In this document: in pieces, positions 24,287 through 35,886 of the stretch | How the letters are laid out: the number at the start of each line of letters is the position of its first letter | Position numbering within the stretch: position 1 is the first letter of the stretch | From: Klebsormidium nitens | Lineage: Eukaryota; Plantae; Klebsormidiophyceae | Direction: 5' to 3' | NCBI GenBank assembly: GCA_000708835.1 | Contig: DF237167.1 | Span: 1 to 64,000, forward strand | Length of the DNA stretch: 64,000 nucleotides | Position numbers and translations under genes: made by a program | The notes under the pieces: generated by a model | The model's input: only the letters and a program-made list of their open reading frames with translations | The model's database searches: none | Told to the model about the DNA's origin: nothing

Positions 24287-24581
24287 TCTTGCTTGCGGAC
24301 GCTTTCTCGACAGCTACTAGTATCAACTGCGCTTGCCCGCCCTCCTCGCAGCTTTGTCCAGGCTCAGCTTGACAATCTCTTTCGTTGATCCAGAGAAGTT
24401 CAAGTGAAAGTGGCCGGCCGCGAGTAGGCCGCCGGCGCGAGCACTGGAAGTTTTGACCTTCATGACTCGGAACTTCGCGAACTAGGTTGAGGGGCTGTAA
24501 CTAGAGGGGGCAGACACCTACCGGAGCAATCACTGCGTCACATAAACTTGCATGCTGAATCTGGTAAACTACTACCTACTA

Positions 24582-24905
24582 CAGCAGTTTCGGGGCAGGC
24601 TTCCCGGTTGCGTTCGATAGATAGGGTGTATTTAGTCTAAACTTACGCTAAATTTAGTCTAAGTTTAGTTGCGTTACCAGTTCATTTGACGTCATAGATG
24701 AGACCAATATTGATACGTGGCAAAGATTCGACGCGTCAGATGGGCCCTGAGCAGCGGATCTACGGCTCGGTGCCCACCTTGGTTTTAAATGACGTCAAAG
24801 CAAAAGCTAAAATCTGGACTGAATAGCCTAAACACAGACTAGATTTAGACCCTAAATACACCCTATCTATCGAAGGCAACCGGGAAGCCTGCCCCGAAAC
24901 TGCTG
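24582..24905. mobile_element. MITE-like non-autonomous DNA element (~324 bp), ~55-bp TIRs, TA-flanked
   Basis: Left end CAGCAGTTTCGGGGCAGGCTTCCCGGTTGCGTTCGATAGATAGGGTGTATTTAG matches the reverse complement of ~24852..24905 with one mismatch. TA lies on both sides (24580-81, 24906-07). No ORF inside. A TA TSD is the hallmark of Tc1/mariner (Stowaway-like) elements. Confidence 0.8.
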
Positions 24906-25316
24906 TAGCTAGTGGGTGACTACAAAAAGATATCGGTGCACCTTCGATGATAGTCGTGACTCCGGATTTAACCATCAACTTCAGAGAACTCCGATCATCG
25001 ACGAATGAAAGTAGACTCTGTCATACCGACTTCTTCATCAACGGCGCAAAAGGTTACCCTTAAGAAGTGCATCTGCAGATCTCTTCAGGATCTGTTAATC
25101 TTAGATACTCGATATGATGCCAGATGGCAGCGATTGAACACCTGTTGCGATGGGACGATGGTTGCCAACGTTTGCCGGCTCAGGAGAGCTTGCCACGTTT
25201 GAAGATATTTCCAGAATCCACTTGGCCGCCAGCCTGGCAGTCACCTGGAAAGAAGGGTTCCTTGAAAGAAGACTCTGAACAGGATTTGGATTTTGGGAAT
25301 TGGAGCCCATATTCCA

Positions 25317-25771
25317 GGCCCCTCTTTCATCTAGCGGTCGGTCTTCGTGAATTCAAAAATGGAAGACCAGCTAGAAAGACCGGAGGAATGTGAAGCTGGC
25401 CAATAGGAATTTAGAAGATTGAAGACCGACCGCTACTCAATGGAAGAGGTCTCCGGTCCTTCTTCCGGTCGGTCTTCGTGTTGAAAAGGGAAACACCAGT
25501 GCAGACTTGTACTCACTCATTGGGTTTCGAGCCCCCACGGTGCGCGCCGCCTTCTCATTGGCCGAGTTCACCGATCAATTCGGAAGACCGGTGGGATTAT
25601 TTCAGTACCGGCGGAATCCAGCGGTAGTAAAATAAATACTTCTTGACCGCCGACGTGGCACGAAGTTTTCGGAAGACCGCTCAGTGTAAGACCGGTTCTC
25701 CGTATTAAAAGGGGGTTTTGGCCAATGGGAATTTAGGAAAGGAAGACCGACCGCTAGATGGAAGAGGGGCC
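25317..25771. mobile_element. MITE-like element (~455 bp), ~30-bp TIRs with GGCC termini and an apparent 4-bp TCCA target duplication
   Basis: GGCCCCTCTTTCATCTAGCGGTCGGTCTTC (from 25317) vs the reverse complement of 25742..25771, one mismatch. TCCA at 25313-16 and 25772-75. The motif GAAGACCG recurs internally in both orientations. Confidence 0.75.
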
Positions 25772-26035
25772 TCCAGACAATCAAAAAGCCCAGACTCAGA
25801 CTCAGAGCTCAAGACTCCAGACTTCAGACTCCACTCCATACAGCAGAGAAAATAGGGAAGAGCTCTAGCTGCATGCCACAACCTCCCAACTTGTTCAGTC
25901 CCCCGCTTTCTTGTTGACATCAGTCGTCCTTGTGGAACAGCGGAGCATTGTAAGGTTTGATCCAAGCGAAAAGGCACTTCTTGTTTGCGCCCACATCAGC
26001 TTGAAGCCTTCCCGAAACCCGCAAGAAGACACACT

Positions 26036-28566
26036 ATGACGTCCCTGTTCACTCAGGGGTTCACCCGCAAGGTTATTATTCCAGAAACGAAAGATGAGCA
26101 GGGTGCAATGCACGCTTCCAAAGAACAGCCGAGCCAGACCGCGAGCACAGCCTCACAGCCTGAGACCCCCCGGTCCCCACTTACCCCCCTGACTCCTCTA
26201 AGTATGGCTAGCTCCAGTACTTCTGGATCGACCCTCAATGCAGATCCCAATATGGAGAGGGGCATGGTGGTCCATCAGCAGGAGAAGGAGAGGGGGATGG
26301 TCGTTCACCAGAAGGAGAAGGCGGGGACTGTGCTGATAACTGTGAGGAGCATGTCAGACGAGGAGAGGAACAGGCTGGCGCACTTGGAGGTCTCGAGAAA
26401 GTAAGTCTCCAATTTGTTCTGAGAATCTGGTATGTGAAGAACTTGGGACTGACCCCAGAGTAAAGACTAGGAGGTGAGGCAGCTTTTGCATGTGCGAAAG
26501 GTTCTTTCAGATCAGATCAGATCAAAGTCTTTAGCAATGAGACACCCCCATCAGAGTTGCATGCTCTCTTGCATTGGTCAGCTGTTCACCAATGAGACGC
26601 CCCCATCAGAGTTGCATTTTCTCTTGCATTTGTCAGCTGTTAGCAGTGTACTTTTCCATTCTTACATTCTTGTCCAAATTGTGTGATATGGACTATAGCC
26701 CCATCTGATCATAGGTTGCGACCTATATTTGTTGAGAATCATGCCGGCGGATGGGTGGGGAAGAGGGAGGGGGGGTGACTGTGCGCAATGACCAGCGCAA
26801 TGCATGTGGTCTAGGAGGCTGTTCAAAAGTTGAGGCGGCTTTCAGGTTCACCACAAAACTCTAGATCATTGTGCAGCAAAAGCAGCTAAAGCTTTTTCTT
26901 CCCGTCACACCTTGCAAGGAATACTTAATCTGAGGAAGTCACCCCTTGTGATAACGTTCAGTAGAGTAGTTGAAGCTTTCTATTTCCCTCTCAGCCTTTA
27001 TTGCTGTTTTTGTCTCAAGAAAGTCACCCTTGCAGTGATTTGTCCGACTTGAAAAACTGTCAAAGGATTCATGAAGTGCTGAAAGGTGCATCCAAATCTG
27101 AGACCCTTTTCTCTGGATTTTGCAGTAAGCCCATCATATCAGAGAGACAAAACATCTGTCTCAAACCGTTAAGTCAATATTTGGATAAAGAAAATTTAGG
27201 TCAATATTTGGATAAACAAAATTAAGCATTACAATGGTGGTCCTCACATTGAAATAAATGTTTTGCAGGATGGAAGCTGCCGATGCTCTTCATGCTAGGG
27301 AGGCAGAAATTTTTGTGGAGAAGGCCATGCGAGATGCACTGGCAGAGCAGTACCATTGTGAAGCCAAAGCGGAGAAGAAGTTTGAAGAGGAAATGTCAAG
27401 CATTAAGTACAAGGAAGCACAGGTAATATACTGAAATGTTTTGTAACTTCTTGAATCTTTCACCTGTTTTGGTTAATCTTAGAGGCTGCTAACCTGGATC
27501 GCTTTTCAAACTTCAAGCTTCAAAACGGCTTCAATATGTCTTTCTATAAAAGGGCCAAAGTTTCAAATGCAAGGCTGCAGATGCAGCTGGGTGCTATTCC
27601 CTCCCGTTGAACATGGTTCCAGCGATGATCTATTTCTGCTTTATCTTCCAATTTCCTGTGTTTCGTCTTTTTCATTCAACTTTGAATCGAGTTGAAAACC
27701 GTATCCAATGGGGTTTTGACACCCTGCCCCTCAATGTTTGATCGGGCTGGTGGTGATTACTTGCATTAGTGCTCCTCAGAAAGTAGTGACCTTTGACATT
27801 CATCCTTTGATGTAGCGATCATGTTGCTCTGACATCTGTAAAAGAAACCGACGTTTGGAAGTCAATCATTTGGTTTGGCGACGTCGAGTGTCAAACACAA
27901 GTTATTCTTTGAAGATCTAGACATGTGGAAGGTGTAGGGTTAGTCAGTTTCAACCAAACCAATCTCGTTAGCACGAGCTGGCATGATCAAGTCGACTTTT
28001 GAATCTAGCCGCGTAAGTACACCATGTTGAAATCCAGTTCCGGCCAGAAACACTTTGAATGACATGGTGTGGGAGTTTTAAATATCCTTTTAGTGTGGCA
28101 GCCAGCTCTTCTTACAGTTAGCCCTTGGGGTTATGGAAGGTCGATTTGCGATCAAAATGGCTGCCCTGAAAGTGGTTTGTAAAGCTTGAACGCTCTTTGA
28201 AATTACTCAGACGACGTCTTTTCTTGTTGCTCATCTGAAAGGCATCTTCACGTAGATTATGGGGTTGTTCCGATGGAGCTTTTTCTAACTGTGAGAGAGA
28301 CAACTTAGGCGTATCATGCTCTTCCAGAATGCATTCGATGTGTGCAGTTGAGAAAGAAGATCGAGAACAAGCTTACACAGGCCATGGCCGAGAGAACCCG
28401 GCAGGAAATCCTGGCCAAACAGAAGTTCGAGGAGCGCAAGATCAAGGCGAAGACTTTGGCGGAGGAGAAGATTGCAACCGCGAAGGTGCGGGGCACAGCA
28501 ATTCGAAGCGGGAACGTGAGGGCGGAATTGGGCGCTTCTAGGAAAAAGTTCCACTGGAAATGGTAG
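26036..28566 (+). CDS. Remorin-like protein, ~245 aa; exons 26036..26400, 27269..27422, 28348..28566
   Basis: Ser/Thr/Pro-rich disordered N-terminus (PETPRSPLTPLTPLSMASSSTSGS), then a coiled coil EAKAEKKFEEEMSSIKYKEAQ|LRKKIENKL..AKQKFEERKIKAKTLAEEKIATAKVRGTAIRSGNV resembling Remorin_C, ending in an aromatic tail KKFHWKW*. Splice phases 2 and 0 are consistent. The gene model is solid; the family call is by eye. Confidence 0.65.
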
Positions 28567-29876
28567 GACGTGGAAGTGACGATATTTGCGGAATAATCTA
28601 GGTTATCAAGAATTGCAGGTAAATGCAAAAGAATTGGGTATGATGCACGTTGTTGCAGAATCAACGTGGCCAAAAATGGATGCAGGTTTGCTCGAAGGTT
28701 TCCAAATTCAACCATGGCGCGCGTACAGAAGGTAGAAAGTAGTCCGGACTACCAGGAAATTGTTAGGAACTTTGAACTGCCATGTGTTTTGACACGTGCA
28801 ACCTTCTTCTTTGATGAGGTGGCACATGGCCTTTGGGTTATGAGCGTAGTGCTGTACGATATTTAGAAGAGAAGGATTGTTGGCCGAACTGATAGATTAT
28901 CTGCCCCTTTGAACGTTTGCTGATTGAAACCTAATTATTTAGAAAGGTTTCTACCGTACGAGCTAGCTTGTTTGTTATCCCGTTGTCCGATCTCTGACTA
29001 ACTTGTTTGAAGTACGTTTCAACATTAAAAATCTGATTGCTAGCTGTGCCAGTACTGGCATGATCAAACTCATGATTGCCGAGTGAGATGCGGGGTAATT
29101 CGTTTTGCTTGCCGTTTAGACACGCATACTACGTCTGGGAGAATGTTTGTATGGCTTCAGATTCCGACGATCTCGACTCAGGCAAAAACAACGTATAACT
29201 CAATACATGACAAGCCGCATATATACGCGGAATGACTGCTAGACTAAGACTCCGAGATGTAATATGCAAGTACGGGCATGACCCTGCGGGTCCACGGCAT
29301 GCATGTGCAAGATAACTTACCCGGATATATGGCGGTCAATGCAGTGACCCCAATTACATTGAATGTCGCATGAATGCCTCAGTGAGCGCGGGTATTTACA
29401 TCGAAATTCAACGATCATAGTTTGGAAGGGATGATAGTCAAAGTCATGGGTCCGACGATGACAAAACAAGCTACGTACAATACGAATGGCAGAGCGGAAG
29501 TGTTCTTGGTCATAAGCCATATCATATTAGGCTACATGCCGTGCATGTTCGAGTTTTGGGGCCAGAGCATTGTAGTTGGAAGGGCCAATTAAGGCACCCG
29601 GCCAACCCGGCCATAGCATGGGCAGACTGTTGGCAGCCACATGCGGCCAGTTGCCATTGTGGCGAGAACCCGGCGGCGATCGACCGTGAGCCTGTCCCTC
29701 TCGGACATGTACATTGCGCACGTTCCTTTGCACCGGCCCCCAATTTCCTTTTGAGCCGCGACGGTCTGCGCGGAAGGCCCCTTCTTCAATCTCCAGTTGG
29801 AACCGCAATCACTTTACACATCGAATACCACTCATGAAACTGGTTCTCAATCTTGTAAGAGGTTTAAAAACTACTG

Positions 29877-32800
29877 CTATTGTGAAGGCGATGTCTTATT
29901 GGTGTCACGAGGCCTGATCTTAGTGCACAGATTGTGGATCACTACATCTACTGCTTGCGCCTCGTTCTCTCGCAGAGAAGTTGTGTATACGAACAGCCGT
30001 CTATGCTTCTGCAATGCAATTTGCTTACGCTTGATCTCACAGTCCCTAACACTCCGAAGGTAGGTGTACACGTCTATTAGAAAGTCTACTTCCACAAGGG
30101 CTACGCTTCTGTCTAGCTGCCACAAATCTAGATTAAAAGCATCCACCGGATCGTACATCCAGCTTGCATGCTTGACTTCGAAGAAGTAGCCTATGCTGTT
30201 GTAGTCCACATACTCTGCAAAGGGCAGTGCGTGAAAGGGGGAACCAATGAAGACGGGTATGCATCCCATCAAAACGACCTCAGTCAGACGGCGGCTGGCT
30301 TGAGTATCACCCGGCAATACCAAGCAAAACTTGCTGCGCCCTAGTTTGCTTAACATTTGAGAATGTTCGTCACGCCCCGGGCACTGCGAGCACTTGCACT
30401 TGACAGAGACGTCCGGAGCATCTATCGTACTAAAAGTCTGCACTGCCGCATGTCGCATACGCATGCCGACTGAGCGAATCTCGGAGTCACTGCAGCCTGC
30501 TCGAAAGAACAGTAAGGTGCTGCGCGGTCGCGAGTAGTCCGCCTTTGGTATGCGCTTTGTGCTCGCATAAGGGAGGATGAGGTCCCAGCGCCCCGAGCGA
30601 TCCCCGCCTCCGCAGATCTGGCCCCTCTCTGCACGAGATTTTGGCAACTTGGAAATGAGCTAAGCTTCACAACGCCTCGGAGAAACGGCTATGAACCAGA
30701 CAGGTCATCCTGGACGTCAGCTTCGAGAAAAGCTCTGCTGCAAAATGGCACCTGTCAAGTAAAACAGCGGAGTTTCGAGAACCATTTCGAGCAACAGCAT
30801 GATTTGTAAGGCTGTTGCCCATGAAGCTCTGCAAGTATAAGAAGATGGATGCCACCACGTATCACAGAACGGAAGATTAGCTGCTTCTACAAATCAGCCG
30901 AATCGTCCAACCACTGCCTGTTGAACTCAAGGATTGCATGCTCATTGCAGATCGTTTCGGAATCTCAAGTCCGACGAGCTTACCAGGACCCTTTTATGAG
31001 AAAGCGCCTGAACTCCGTTGTGATAAGATCCTTAAAGAACTTACTAGTTGTGCGGTCAAAGATGCACTTCATGCTGGACGGCCGTTTTAAAAAGCGGCTG
31101 CAATACAAGTGAACAAGTCGCAGATATCTAACTTTGTTGTTAGAAGCGACAGTCAAGCAGTCCATGTGTGATGCAGAACTGTCAACAGGCAATGAAGCCT
31201 TTCTCGCAACTTTGTCGACTTGCAATCAACTCACCAATAACGGCTGGAAAAATGGCGTTTGGCCACTCGCTGCAGACTAGAGGGCCAAAGATGTCCCCGC
31301 GACTGCTGTTGGGATCCGCGAGCAGGTATGCAAAGGCGCGGCCTTTGGTTTCGTTGTACTTTTGGAGATTGAGCACATGCTTTGCGGCTTTCTGGAGGAA
31401 GGGAGCAGTATCAACGTAGTCCAAGAATTCTTCTGGCCCTCCTTGCCGGACCTGCGATTGCCACCTGCATGAGACAAGACTCACATGGTAGGTCGACTGA
31501 GTGCTCACATATCTGATTAGAGCAGCAGAGTTGAGCCTGGTGAAACGCCACGCTTGTAAGGTCTTTGCGACAGCCTTGAATAAACACCTGTAGGAAACAG
31601 CTTCAAAGAAAAGGCATTTCAAGGAGCTGTCATCAAAAGCTTTCGGAATGCAGATTGCTAACAAAACGAAGGATTGAATGCACCGTTTCCTGAATTTCGT
31701 GTGGAGCTTTCGGAAGTTACGACCGAGGGACAAGCTAAGGCTGCATATCTTCCAGATGGTGCCTCCCTCTGTTACCTCCACTCAGAATTGCATTGCCTTT
31801 CTGGTTGTACTGATCCATACACTGCAAGCAAATCTGGAAGAGCTGGTATCTACCTGCTTCAAAGATACCGTATGGAAAAAGCATGAGTCCCTTTGGCTGT
31901 CAGTTCCAACTGTACCAAATAACAATTCCTACGATCTGGCAATCCTCCTTATCTTGAGCCTTCCTGACCAGACTGAACAAAAGAAGACCGTGAAGGTTGA
32001 ATAAGATCTTCAATTCTCACCAGGTCCAGTAGCAATAATCATTCACGATGACGACGTCAGCTTGGTCGATATCCTCAATGGAGTACTTGCTCTCTGCTAT
32101 TGCTTTTGTGATGTAAAAAGCTGCTGCATGCTGCCGGTGAAAGTGCTCTACCGGTCGATTATAACCATCCACGCTCCAACCCCATTGACCGTAAGGCCAG
32201 ACTGCTGGATCATTAGGATTACAAGTAGGAATCCCAACGGGTATTGCTAGTTCTTTCGAAACGTCCAGGACTTTGATCCGACAGCCTTGTAGATCTTTGG
32301 TCAGATCGTACGACAGCGAGTAGTTGGTTACGCCCGAGCCTTGAAAGGTGTCGACATTTTTGCAGACAACTAGCTCAGCAGAGCTGAACAAATAGATAAG
32401 GGGCTCAAGAAGGATGCTTGTACCACTACCTGCAGGACAGAATCCCTTGTTCAGTTTCTTCAGGTGGCTGTCCAAAAGCTGGATTACTGACCTTCTGGTG
32501 AGCTAGCTGGAGCTATACTGCGGCAGAATTGCAGGGGCCAAAATGAGATTAGACGAACAGTGCATTCAGGAGACAGTCATGCCTCGCAAGGCTTGGAGCT
32601 AGGTCTGGCAAGAGGTGCGCCAGACCAAGGTGACCTCCAAGAAACCTGACCTAGCTCATCGCAACCATTGACACCTCAGCTTCTCACCCAATTGCAAAAA
32701 GTACAAAACTCCTGGTCTTACCCATTTCAAAGTTTACCTCTTGATAATCCTTTTTGAACAAACCAAACTCATCAATCTCTTTGATAGACACCTACCAGCG

Positions 32801-33079
32801 ACTGCAACTTTCTTTCAAGCAGACTCAGATAGACTTCTGCATAGCAGAGGAGCATACTGGAGCTTGGTGCCCTTTGTTTGACGGATCCTTCAGCTAATTT
32901 GGAAGAGGCAGTACGGAAAACATGTCACTTGTCAAAAAACACACCTTCCCTCAATTGTTCCAAGATGGCTTACCGGGGAAATTGGTTAGCCCCAGGAGAA
33001 GAAGGAGCGCTAGCAATCCGTACTGCACCACCTTCCGACTCGCGGCCCTTTGCGCAAAGTGCAACGAGTATGCTTTCAT
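29877..33079 (-). CDS. Exostosin-family glycosyltransferase (GT47), type II membrane; exons 32974..33079, one uncertain exon near 32430-32510, 32021..32383, 31235..31464, 29877..30628
   Basis: N-terminal TM (YGLLALLLLLGL), SKYSIEDIDQADVVIVNDYCY, WDLILPY, RSTLLFFRAG, SKFCLVLPGDTQASRRLTEVVLMGCIPVFIG, LPFAEYVDY: typical exostosin-domain motifs. Confidence 0.9.
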
Positions 33080-33816
33080 GATTCCTCAGCCAGAAGTTGA
33101 AGTCGATCTTTTCATACTCCGTTGAGCTGGTCGTTTTGACCAATCCGCGTAGGAAGTGCAATAGAGGATCCTGGGACCCTTACTGTGAGTTTCACAGGCT
33201 TACCGCACGTTACCTCAAAAACTAGACATATCGCTAGCTGTGTACTCTTCACCTAAATGGGTCTTTTCTTGCTCTTTTCTTGCAGCGAAATGCTTTCGTG
33301 AGCTAGGTAGTCGAGCAGAGCTTGTAACATGATGCTCTGAGAGCCTCTGGAGTCAGCGGCCCTCCCCCATTTCCAGCTTTCAGCGGCCCATGTGCTGAAT
33401 GAACGTTATGCCTATTACCTACTCACGGATGGAAGTTGATCAGCGTCCACGTGAGAGTATCCCTCGATGCATCCAAGTTGCTTCTCTGCAGAAGTGAGAG
33501 ATGCTTATTGACATTGCTGACAGTGACAGCAGCAGAGCTCTCAGCCATTTCAGCTCTGCAAACCACAGCAGGCTGCCGCGGGCGCCAGCTCCTCTGGAAC
33601 AGTTTTCTCAGTTTCATCATCATGTTGTCATCATTCATGAAATCTGTCAGTCAACTGTCGAGGTACTTCGCAGACTGTCCGATGGTCCACGTGATCATCG
33701 GATTAAACAACCAAGCCACTCAACCTCAACTGCTGAGCCGTCAATACCGTGGATTCAAATTTTATCGACGGTTCGTGAGCAGTGTGGCATACAGCGCAAA
33801 TGTTACTGGAGTCATT

Positions 33817-34725
33817 TGACACCTTATTATAGTTTTAAGTGCCACCCGGTAATGACACAGTTTATTCGTCCCCTGATTGGCCAAAACCCTTACCGAAGAC
33901 TACGTTGACCAGCATTCAGTACAACCTTTGCAGTCCCCTCAACCTAGATCGAAACAACGTTATAATCTGCACCGTTCGATCCTCATCGACGGCTTACACT
34001 AGCCAATATTGAGGTTTTGACCTTACTCTACCTGATGCCGGCCGGTCTTCGCTCAGCCACATGAAGACGGCTTCAAGACCCAAAGAGGCAGTGTCGATAT
34101 ACGGTATAAGGATTCAACCAAACCCACAAACTCTTAACACCCCACCAAGGGTCTGAGCTTATTAACCTGCTGACCCAGCACCTTAACTCAGCTTGAAACC
34201 CATGTAAGGTGGCCATTCTCTTTTGACACCTTATTATAGTTCTAAGACGGTACGCCCCGGTAATGACACAGTTTATTCGTACCCTGATTGGCCAAAACCC
34301 TTACCGAAGACCACATTGACCAGAAATCAGTACAACCCTTGCAGTTCCTCAACCTAGATCGAAAAAACGTTAGAATCTGCACCGTTCGATCCTCAATCAA
34401 CGGCTTCAACTAGCCAATTTGAGGTTTCGACCTTCAAGTTACTCGTGAGTTTTTTTTTTGGAAAATACCGTCTTGCACGTGCGGCTCATCAGCTGGAACT
34501 CGCAGACTAGCGTGAAGTTACTCGTGAGTCGTAACTGATGCCGGCCGGTCTTCGCTCAACCACGTGAAGACCCAAAGAGGCAGTGTCAATATGTAATAAT
34601 CTATTCAAAACCACAAAGTTTTAACACCGCACCAAGCCGGTCTGAGCTTGTTAGAGGTTAACATTAACCTGCTGACCCAGCACCTTAACTCAGCTTGAAA
34701 CCCAAGTAAGGTGGCCATTCTCTTT
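33817..34725. repeat. Head-to-tail direct repeat, two copies of a ~407-bp unit (second copy carries an insertion)
   Basis: TGACACCTTATTATAG..GGTAATGACACAGTTTATTCGT..TAAGGTGGCCATTCTCTTT at 33817..34223 and again at 34224..34725, with scattered substitutions and indels. Confidence 0.9.
34436..34529 (-). mobile_element. Short poly(A)-tailed retroposed insertion (~64 bp) with a 15-bp target-site duplication
   Basis: AAGTTACTCGTGAGT at 34436..34450 and 34515..34529 flank a T10 run plus ~55 nt of unique sequence that is absent from repeat unit 1. Confidence 0.65.
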
Positions 34726-35886
34726 AATATATATAGGTAGGAGTCCTACCTTAAATTCATCCTGGGGAAACATTGCATTGGTATGTAATATGTATCTCTT
34801 TGCAGGCGAATTGTCACGTTGCCTCGGTCGTACATGATTGCGAGACGCGAGTCATCGCCCAATCGCCCCGAGATCGCCCCCCCAAGCCAGTACGTCCTTT
34901 AGTAATACCCGCCAGCGAGGTACTGAAAATGGGCTTAAAATGTTAGTAGCTACAAGTATGTTTGACTGTTGTGGACAATTCTGGACGAGCAACATGCACC
35001 CTTTTTGGTAAATCAGACGGACATTCATAAGGCCTTTCCTGTACAAAACTGGTGCGCCTGAATTCGTATATGCCAAGGGGAGTAAGGGAAAAGCAATCAA
35101 TCTTCATAGTAGCACATGTAAGTACACGAAATCCAATTTCTAGTGCCAGGCGACCACTGGGCGAACCAGCCGCATGCCACACTGACAGTCCGTCGAGAAC
35201 CCGTCGAGAAGGGCGTGACTCCCAACGGCAGGGCTGCCGCCCGGTTCAGTCTGTCGGAAGCAGCAGCAGCGCCAAATACTGTCCGATGCACGCTGGCCTT
35301 ATGTTCAAACAGCACGTGAAGCCGATTGTGTGATTGAGTCTGATCCCATCAAACCCCCATCAAACAGCAATTGTACGAGGGCATACAGTAACGTGGTGAG
35401 AAAAGGGGCCTCTCCGCTCAGAAACGGATCGATAATCTTGTGAACGCTGTTCTGAGGTTACGTCTGACCTGGGATCACAAGTCTCAAGTTGTACCTCAGG
35501 GCTGCGCCTTTTCATCGCTGCGTTCTAGTCGGTCGATCGCTCGGACGTGTCTGTGTCAACCCGGCACCCGTTGCCTAAACTTTAGACAAAGATTATTCTT
35601 CAAGGCGAAGTCAGTTCAGCGCAAAGCTTGGGGTACTCCACCGAGCCCCCACGCCTGCCGGAGCTTTTGCTCCTAAAATCGGCGTGGTTAGAGCCTCCCA
35701 ACTGGTCTAGAGGCCTGATGCCTTGGCACTAACACAGTTGTTTCTAGCTGCCACTTGATCGTTGCTGTCAGGTGTGGTCACCAGCGGTTTCCGAGTTAAA
35801 CCGCTTTAGTAGGGCCTAGAGCCCCGATGTCGGGGTTGAAGGGGTTTGAAAGTTTTGAACCTGAAACCTAGTAACCCTATTTCTAA

